A DNA stretch of 64,000 nucleotides, from IMG/VR virus record IMGVR_UViG_3300025158_000005. One strand, written 5' to 3'. Positions 57,561 through 64,000 of the stretch are shown piece by piece. Source of the stretch: a virus. Position numbers and translations under genes: made by a program. The notes beneath the pieces were generated by a model, which saw nothing but the letters and a program-made list of their open reading frames with translations, was not told where the DNA came from and made no database searches. How positions within the stretch are numbered: position 1 is the stretch's first letter; every line of letters begins with the position of its first letter.

Positions 57561-60047
57561 ATGTCAGAGTTCTACACATCCGTACTTCAATACGGTAACA
57601 AGATTTTATACCGAGGTTACAAAAATGGTCGGAGAGTTCATGAAAAACTGGATTTTTCGCCTACGCTTTACATTAATACAAAAAAACCAACAAAATATAA
57701 AACTTTGTATGGTCAATTAGTTGAACCGGTTAGTCTAGGTTCAATCAACGAAGCAAAAGAATATATCAAGCGTTATGAGGACGTTGAAGGTTTTGAGGTA
57801 TTCGGAATGAAACAATTCCAATATCAATATATCGCAGAAAATTTCAAAGGCGACATATCATTCAATATCGATCACATGAAAGTAATGACGATTGATATTG
57901 AAACCTCCGTCGAATTGGGAGGTTTCCCTGATGTAAAAAGCGCTCAAGAGCAAATTCTTCTTATTTCTGCACAAGATAAACTTACGAAAACGAATATCGT
58001 TTTTGGATTCAAACCATACGAAAAGTCCAACGATGATGCCTTCGAATACCGTCAATTCAAGGACGAATACTCGATGCTCAAGGGATTCATTGAGTTTTGG
58101 CAAGGTAATACACCAGATATTATTACTGGTTGGAATATCGGGGGATTCGATATTCCATATTTGATTGGTAGATTGAATCGAATATTAGATGAATCATGGA
58201 CGAAAAAGTTATCTCCATGGAATATTATCAATAGTCGAGAAATACCTGGTAAATTCGGTTCTACTGAAAAAGTAACTAAATGGGATATCGTTGGTGTCGT
58301 TGTTCTTGATTATATGGAACTGTACAAGAAATATGTACAAGCATCTAGAGAATCATATACGTTGGGATTCATTTCTCAATTGGAACTTGGTGACACCAAA
58401 ATGGAATTGGAAGGGTCGTTCAAGGAACAATATACCAATCAATGGAACGATTTTGTAAGATATAACGCTAAAGATACTGCTCTTGTTGATAGACTTGACG
58501 AAAAGTTGAAATTTATCGAAATTATCTGCACTCTGGGTTACACCGCAAAGGTGAATATTGCTGATGGTTTCGGCATGGTGAAGACGTGGGATATCTTCAT
58601 TTATAATTACCTAAAAGCAAAAGATATTGTAATTCCAAATCATACTGGTCGAGCAAAAGGTGATTTCGAAGGAGCGTGGGTAAAAGAGCCAATCCCAGGC
58701 TATTATGGTTGGACCATGTCGTTTGACTTCACGGGACTATATCCTAGTATCATGCAACAATGGAATATTAGCCCCGAAACAATAATGGGAGTAATTCCTA
58801 ATGTAAATGTCGAACGATTCATGAATAGTAATTTTGAACGTCCCGATGGTGATTTTACTATCGCGGCCAACGGAGCAATATTTTCAAAAGAAAAGTTAGG
58901 AATCGTTCCAGAAGTTTCAAAGGTTATAACGGATAGTCGAAAAGTCGTCAAGAAGCAAATGCTAGCACTTGAACAGGAATATGACAAGACTAAAGACAAA
59001 AATCTTTTAATCCAAATTGCTGGTTTGAGTGGTAAACAAAACGCATATAAGACGCTGAACAACTCACTTTATGGAGTTATGACGAATCATGTTTTTAGAT
59101 ATTTTGACCTTCGCGTTGGAGAAGCAGTAACTCTAACCGGGCAGGCTTCTGATCAACATATCGAACTTGTTATGAATCAGTATATGAATAAAATCATGAA
59201 AACTGATAACGTTGATTATGTTATTGCAGGTGATACCGATTCGATTTATCTGAATGTTGATGGTCTTGTCAAGCAATTCTTTCCTAATGAGAGTCTTGAT
59301 AAAACTGTAAAGTTGCTTGATAAAGTAGGAGAAGACCGATTCCAGAAGGTACTCAATGCCTCGATTGATCATATCTATAATATCGGCAATTGCTATAAGA
59401 AAACGATGGCGATGAAGCGCGAGGCCATCGCGTCTAAAGCGATCTGGACCGCCAAGAAAAGATATGCCATGATCGTGCATAATTCGGAAGGCGTCGATTA
59501 TACTCCATACAAGTTGAAGATCATGGGTATGGATTTGATCAAATCATCAACCCCAGTCTTGATACGTAAATATTTGAAAGATGCTCTTACGTTGATTTTT
59601 GAGAGTGATCAAGAAGCACTATATGAGTTTGTTGATGATCTCAAGAAGAAGTTTTTGAAGATGACTCCTGAGGAAATTGCATTTCCTCGTGGGTGCAACG
59701 ACTTGACTAAATACACAGATAATAAGGCTATTTTCAAGTCAGGAACACCGATTCATGTGAGAGGCAGTCTGATTTATAACCATATGAATCGAAATAATAA
59801 AGACGTTGTACCTATCAAGGACGGAGATAAGATCAAGTTCATTTATCTCAAGGTTCCAAATCCTTGTCGTGAAAACGTAATTTCATTCCCATCATTCGGA
59901 ACGTTGCCTCCAGATATGGGTTTACATAAGTACATTGATTATGAAAAACAGTGGGAGAAAGTTTTTATTGCTCCCCTACTTGGCATCACAACTGCGATAG
60001 GTTGGAATCCAGAAAAACGACCAAGTTTAGAAGATTTTTTTATCTAA
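57561..60047 (+). CDS. gp43: Family B DNA polymerase gp43 (uninterrupted)
   Basis: DIET, FDIPY, DFTGLYPS, K...NSLYG, GDTDS and KKRY motifs. Confidence 0.97.
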   Translation: MSEFYTSVLQYGNKILYRGYKNGRRVHEKLDFSPTLYINTKKPTKYKTLYGQLVEPVSLGSINEAKEYIKRYEDVEGFEVFGMKQFQYQYIAENFKGDISFNIDHMKVMTIDIETSVELGGFPDVKSAQEQILLISAQDKLTKTNIVFGFKPYEKSNDDAFEYRQFKDEYSMLKGFIEFWQGNTPDIITGWNIGGFDIPYLIGRLNRILDESWTKKLSPWNIINSREIPGKFGSTEKVTKWDIVGVVVLDYMELYKKYVQASRESYTLGFISQLELGDTKMELEGSFKEQYTNQWNDFVRYNAKDTALVDRLDEKLKFIEIICTLGYTAKVNIADGFGMVKTWDIFIYNYLKAKDIVIPNHTGRAKGDFEGAWVKEPIPGYYGWTMSFDFTGLYPSIMQQWNISPETIMGVIPNVNVERFMNSNFERPDGDFTIAANGAIFSKEKLGIVPEVSKVITDSRKVVKKQMLALEQEYDKTKDKNLLIQIAGLSGKQNAYKTLNNSLYGVMTNHVFRYFDLRVGEAVTLTGQASDQHIELVMNQYMNKIMKTDNVDYVIAGDTDSIYLNVDGLVKQFFPNESLDKTVKLLDKVGEDRFQKVLNASIDHIYNIGNCYKKTMAMKREAIASKAIWTAKKRYAMIVHNSEGVDYTPYKLKIMGMDLIKSSTPVLIRKYLKDALTLIFESDQEALYEFVDDLKKKFLKMTPEEIAFPRGCNDLTKYTDNKAIFKSGTPIHVRGSLIYNHMNRNNKDVVPIKDGDKIKFIYLKVPNPCRENVISFPSFGTLPPDMGLHKYIDYEKQWEKVFIAPLLGITTAIGWNPEKRPSLEDFFI

Positions 60048-60136
60048 CTTATTCAACCATTTCAGTGTTAGAGTCCTTAGGAAGTGCAATTCCGCGAAGG
60101 ACAAGGATATTTTATTTTTGATAAAAGGAGTACGTA

Positions 60137-60877
60137 ATGAAGTTAGTTCTAACAAGTATCGCAGCAGCAGTTATTTTATCAGCATGTAGTGGAGCGCCTT
60201 CCAAGGTAATTGATGCAAATTATTCTGTCTACGTTAAGACAGTCAGTGATCAAAATAAGGCAAAACTGGAAGCGTCTGGACGCCCAATCTTTCAGTTGAA
60301 GGGTATTGCTGGACAATCGATTTCCATGAGTGGTGTATCAGAGATTTCAGTTTATGCGCCAGCGAACGGAGGGAATGAAAACCTAGCGGCTGTGCAACCA
60401 TACGTTGCACCAAAGAACCAGTTTGTTGAAGGCATCAGAGCAGCGGGTGAAGTTGTGGCGCCATGGACAGGCGTGGCAAGTTTATGGGTCGGCGGCAAAG
60501 CACTTACCAACCTAACGAATTCAGTTGGTGGTGCGGCTGGGCAGGGCTATCAATATGTACAAGCCCCCGCAGCTAACATGACGATTGGTGGTCACGGCGT
60601 TATTGGTTCGGGTTCGTTCACTGAAAGCACTTTGTCTGGAACTGGCACCATGGGTGCAGGCGACTACTCAAGTCTTGGTGGCTCTGGAACGCTAGGGTCT
60701 GGCGCTTACAATCCAACTGTGACGAACACTGGTGGTCAAGGTGGCCTGGGTGGAGTTGGTGGTACAGGAGGAACCGGCGGATCAGGCACGACAACTGGCG
60801 GTAACGGTGCATCCGGCGCATCTGGCGGTAACGGTGGCACTGGCGGCGCAGGCACTACGGGTACAGTCACAAACTAA
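60137..60877 (+). CDS. Lipoprotein with a Gly-rich C-terminus
   Basis: Lipobox ILSA-C; GGxGG repeats; own RBS and terminator. Confidence 0.7.
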   Translation: MKLVLTSIAAAVILSACSGAPSKVIDANYSVYVKTVSDQNKAKLEASGRPIFQLKGIAGQSISMSGVSEISVYAPANGGNENLAAVQPYVAPKNQFVEGIRAAGEVVAPWTGVASLWVGGKALTNLTNSVGGAAGQGYQYVQAPAANMTIGGHGVIGSGSFTESTLSGTGTMGAGDYSSLGGSGTLGSGAYNPTVTNTGGQGGLGGVGGTGGTGGSGTTTGGNGASGASGGNGGTGGAGTTGTVTN

Positions 60878-60890
60878 GTCGTATTAGTCA

Positions 60891-60928
60891 AAAAGACCTC
60901 AAGATAAATTTGCGTCTTGAGGTCTTTT
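60891..60928 (+). terminator. 14-bp inverted repeat terminator
   Basis: AAAAGACCTCAAGA / TCTTGAGGTCTTTT. Confidence 0.7.
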
Positions 60929-60991
60929 GCTTTACTATGTAATGTATGCATGGAAAGGACCATGCTTAATCAATCAACCTAAAGGAAAATA

Positions 60992-61960
60992 ATGAACTTA
61001 CTAGAACGCATGACGAAAGCGGGAAATATCGCAGCAGGAACACTATCAACGTCTGTCCTATTCAATGACAAGGACATGATCCCAACCGAAATACCCATCA
61101 TGAACATTGCCCTTGCGGGAAAACTAGATGGAGGTCTAGTTCCTGGTCTAACGGTAATCGCCGGTCCATCAAAACACTTCAAGTCTCTCATGTCTTTGAT
61201 TATGGTTAAAGCTTATATGAAAAAGTATGAAGATGCAATCTGTTTATTTTATGACTCTGAATTTGGTATTACGCCCGAGTATATCAAAGCACAAGGTATT
61301 GACGCAGATCGTGTTTTGCATATCCCCGTTGAACATATCGAACAACTGAAGTTTGACTTGGCTCAACGGCTGGAAGAAATCAAGCGCAACGACCACGTTA
61401 TCATCTTCATTGATTCCGTCGGAAATCTTGCATCCAAGAAGGAAGTAGAAGACGCGAAGAATGAAAATTCTGCTGCTGACATGACACGTGCAAAAGCCAT
61501 GAAGTCATTGTTCCGTATCGTGACTCCACATCTGACGACCCGTGATATTCCATGTATTGTGGTAAATCATACATATCAAACACAAGAAATGTATTCTAAG
61601 ACTGTTGTAAGTGGGGGTTGTATGGTTGCTGACACAAAAATCCACACACTACAAGGTCTAAAAGCTATTCAAGATATTGCAAGAGGTGATATTGTATCAA
61701 CTCTTGAAGGCGAAAAGATGGTTACTCACACCTGGAATCCAGATACTCTTGAAGACGGCGAACCTGAGTGTTATGAAATAGAATTTGAAGATGGTTATGT
61801 CTGTACTGTTTCTGAAACCCATCCATTTTTAACTAAATCTGGGTGGATAACTGCAGATCAACTAACAGTTGGAAGTGAAGTGTCAAAAGTAATAAATACC
61901 TGTATCAATAATAACGAACAGGTATTTATTAATGAACATAGTCTATCTAATACAATTTAA
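60992..61960 (+). CDS. uvsX: UvsX recombinase N-extein plus split intein N half
   Basis: GPSKHFKS, YDSEFG, IDSVGNLAS and VVSGG, then CMVADTKI (Cys210) with block B SETH. Confidence 0.92.
   Translation: MNLLERMTKAGNIAAGTLSTSVLFNDKDMIPTEIPIMNIALAGKLDGGLVPGLTVIAGPSKHFKSLMSLIMVKAYMKKYEDAICLFYDSEFGITPEYIKAQGIDADRVLHIPVEHIEQLKFDLAQRLEEIKRNDHVIIFIDSVGNLASKKEVEDAKNENSAADMTRAKAMKSLFRIVTPHLTTRDIPCIVVNHTYQTQEMYSKTVVSGGCMVADTKIHTLQGLKAIQDIARGDIVSTLEGEKMVTHTWNPDTLEDGEPECYEIEFEDGYVCTVSETHPFLTKSGWITADQLTVGSEVSKVINTCINNNEQVFINEHSLSNTI
61891..61930 (+). promoter_or_regulatory. 13-bp perfect hairpin containing a late promoter and covering the endonuclease RBS
   Basis: AATAAATACCTGT-N14-ACAGGTATTTATT immediately before ATG 61932. 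Confidence 0.75.
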
Positions 61961-62585
61961 TATAGATACGCTACCAAACAAATATATCGGCAGTAAATCT
62001 AACTGTAGTGTAGTTAACAATAAAATTTTAAATTCAAGAGGAAAAGAATATTGTGGTTCATCGGCTGATAAAGTATTCAAACAGTTAGTAGAATCATTAA
62101 TTCCATATGAAGTTAAAGTTTTAGGTACATTTGAATCATATTCTGATGCGTTGATAGCTGAGAGAGATATTCAGATAAACTACGATGTAGTTGCTAGTGT
62201 AGAATTTTTTAATAAATCTATAGCAACATTTTCATCATTCGCTGATCCCAGTTATGCCACATATAAGCATGTTGTAACGGATAAATGTGTTAGATTAAAA
62301 CGAGATCATCCTAAAGTGTTATCTGGGGAATATGCTGGTGTTTCTAAAGGAACAATCCTATCAGAGGATGAACGAAAGAAAAGAGGAAGAAGCGGTATAG
62401 AAAATGGGTTTTATGGAAAAACACATTCCGCTGAAACCAAATCATTATGCGGAAAGAAAATAGGAGATTCACACCGTGGTAAACCAAAAACAGATGAACA
62501 AAGACGAAAAATGTCCGAAGCAAGAAAATTGTGGTGGATTAATCGTAAAAAGAGTAACGAAAGTCGGCAAACAGAAAGTGTATGA
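61932..62585 (+). mobile_element. Free-standing GIY-YIG (Seg-like) homing endonuclease with NUMOD3 repeats
   Basis: IVY...YIG...YCGSS, FFNK, FYGKTHS.ETK and KT.EQRRKMSEA motifs. Confidence 0.85.
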
Positions 62586-63057
62586 TATTACTGTAGCTGA
62601 TAACCACCATTATATTCTAGAAAATGGTGTTGTCTGTCACAATACTGGAATTTACTACTCAGCGAATGCCATTTGGATCATTGGGCGATCACAAGAAAAA
62701 GAAGGTACGGAAGTCGTTGGCTATAACTTTACGATCAATATTGAGAAGTCTAGATACGTTAAGGAAAAGATGAAGTGCCCGTTTACAGTCACATTTGATG
62801 GTGGTATCAATAGGTGGTCTGGTCTAATGGATATTGCTCTCGAAACTGGGCATTGCACGAAACCCAAGAACGGATGGTATCAACGCCAGGGCGACGAAAA
62901 GAACTATCGACTGGCAGACACAAATTGTAAAGAGTTTTGGATTCCAGTCTTGACCGACAAGACTTTCCAGACGGCTGTTCAGCAAAAGTTTCAACTAGGT
63001 ACTGCCGCATTGATTCAAGAACATGCAGAGCACGTAGACCATGATGGAGAAGCATAA
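62476..63057 (+). CDS. uvsX: Split intein C half plus UvsX C-extein
   Basis: VYDITVADNHHYILENGVVCHN|TGIYYSANAIW..IEKSRYVKEK; AGGAG 9 nt before the GTG. Confidence 0.9.
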   Translation: MVNQKQMNKDEKCPKQENCGGLIVKRVTKVGKQKVYDITVADNHHYILENGVVCHNTGIYYSANAIWIIGRSQEKEGTEVVGYNFTINIEKSRYVKEKMKCPFTVTFDGGINRWSGLMDIALETGHCTKPKNGWYQRQGDEKNYRLADTNCKEFWIPVLTDKTFQTAVQQKFQLGTAALIQEHAEHVDHDGEA

Positions 63058-63309
63058 ATGAGTTACAACGTAGGATGGGCATGCCCAAGATGTGGTGCAC
63101 CGAATGCACCAACTAATGTAACGTGTGCGGCATGTTTTGGAACGCCCAATACGGAGAGCATCCCTGAATGGTCTCCGCCCAAGGATGACGGTAGAATTTC
63201 TCTCATGGAAATTGGCCAGAAGTGCCCGGCATGTAATCGTGTCATTTCCGGAATAACGGGTTTCGCATGTGCACGGATTGACTGTCCATCAACAAGACTT
63301 CTTGATTAA
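63058..63309 (+). CDS. Double Zn-ribbon small protein
   Basis: GWACPRCG..C..C and CPAC..C...C motifs. Confidence 0.55.
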   Translation: MSYNVGWACPRCGAPNAPTNVTCAACFGTPNTESIPEWSPPKDDGRISLMEIGQKCPACNRVISGITGFACARIDCPSTRLLD

Positions 63310-63316
63310 GGATATT

Positions 63317-63604
63317 ATGTTTAGAGTTTTAGATGAGAAACACCATGACTTCAACGTTATCGAAATTACCGAAGGTCAATTCAAAGACTTCAAGATTGTC
63401 TACGGAGAAATCAAGTTTGCAGATGCTCCTAACGAGGATGGTACATACACGATCAAATTTGACTGTGACGTTATGAATGATAAAATGGTTACTGATAGAG
63501 ATGCATTTCAGGAAGTGACCGGAGACATATTGGTTGCTCTTATGGAGACAGCCGTGAAAGAATCCGAGTACCTACTGAAAGGCGGCATAGATGAAGCGAA
63601 TTGA
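63317..63604 (+). CDS. gp40-like protein between uvsX and gp41
   Basis: Synteny; I.ITEG.F....YGEIKF...GDILV pattern. Confidence 0.55.
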   Translation: MFRVLDEKHHDFNVIEITEGQFKDFKIVYGEIKFADAPNEDGTYTIKFDCDVMNDKMVTDRDAFQEVTGDILVALMETAVKESEYLLKGGIDEAN

Positions 63605-64000
63605 AGAAGTAATTCTTTCAAACACTGTAAACGATGAATTATATGCAAGACGAGTCTTACCGTTCTTACAAGAAGATTATTTTCATGATCGCAGGGACCG
63701 TGAAGTATTCAAACTGATCAACGGGCATTTCGTACAGTATAACGAACTTCCTAACATAACCACGCTAACCATTGATGCTGACAAGGTTCAATGCAACAAA
63801 GACGAGCATGATCAGATTCTAGAAATCATATCTGGGCTTGATCATGTCTCTACTGACAAGCAACAATGGTTAATTGAACGCACTGAAAAATTCTGTAAAG
63901 AGAAGGCGATTCATAATGCCATTATGCGGTCGATTACGATTCTTGATGGTAAGGACAAACAGTATACAGAAGATGCGTTGCCTTCCCTTCTAGCAGAAGC
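63591..64000 (+). CDS. gp41: Replicative helicase gp41 (5' part, runs off the window)
   Basis: MKRIEEVILSN..YARRVLPFL.EDYF...WLIERTEKFCKEKAIHNAI. Confidence 0.9.
   Translation, partial: MKRIEEVILSNTVNDELYARRVLPFLQEDYFHDRRDREVFKLINGHFVQYNELPNITTLTIDADKVQCNKDEHDQILEIISGLDHVSTDKQQWLIERTEKFCKEKAIHNAIMRSITILDGKDKQYTEDALPSLLAE

Noticed and set aside
1-64000. CRISPR array, diversity-generating retroelement, invertase shufflon or stop-codon reassignment
   Set aside because: I saw no spaced repeats, reverse transcriptase or site-specific recombinase, and core genes are intact under the standard code using all three stops.

Overview
A 64-kb segment of a T4-like (Tevenvirinae/Kyanoviridae-style) myovirus genome, almost all on the + strand. 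From left to right it holds: baseplate and fibre/adhesin genes (gp8-like wedge, a 2221-aa DUF4815-like protein, several Gly/Thr-rich fibre modules); neck, packaging, tail and head genes (gp13-gp23, gp3-like); then the recombination/replication block (uvsY, uvsW, gp55, gp47/46, rIIA/B, gp45/44/62, regA, Rnl2-type RNA ligase, DNA ligase, gp43, uvsX, start of gp41), plus one tRNA(CAT). Main observations: (1) uvsX is fractured into two ORFs carrying the N and C halves of a split intein, with a free-standing GIY-YIG/NUMOD3 endonuclease between them whose start lies behind a late-promoter/RBS hairpin. (2) The RNA ligase is split at its domain boundary by an antisense MobE-like HNH gene, without a recognisable intein. 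(3) rIIB carries an acyl-carrier-protein-like domain lacking the phosphopantetheine Ser, plus a Zn ribbon. (4) There is a repeated docking-domain/Gly-rich adhesin/chaperone cassette with intact and collapsed copies. (5) A structured, promoter-linked non-coding element lies between gp17 and gp18. Family calls come from motif recognition and synteny only; no searches were run.
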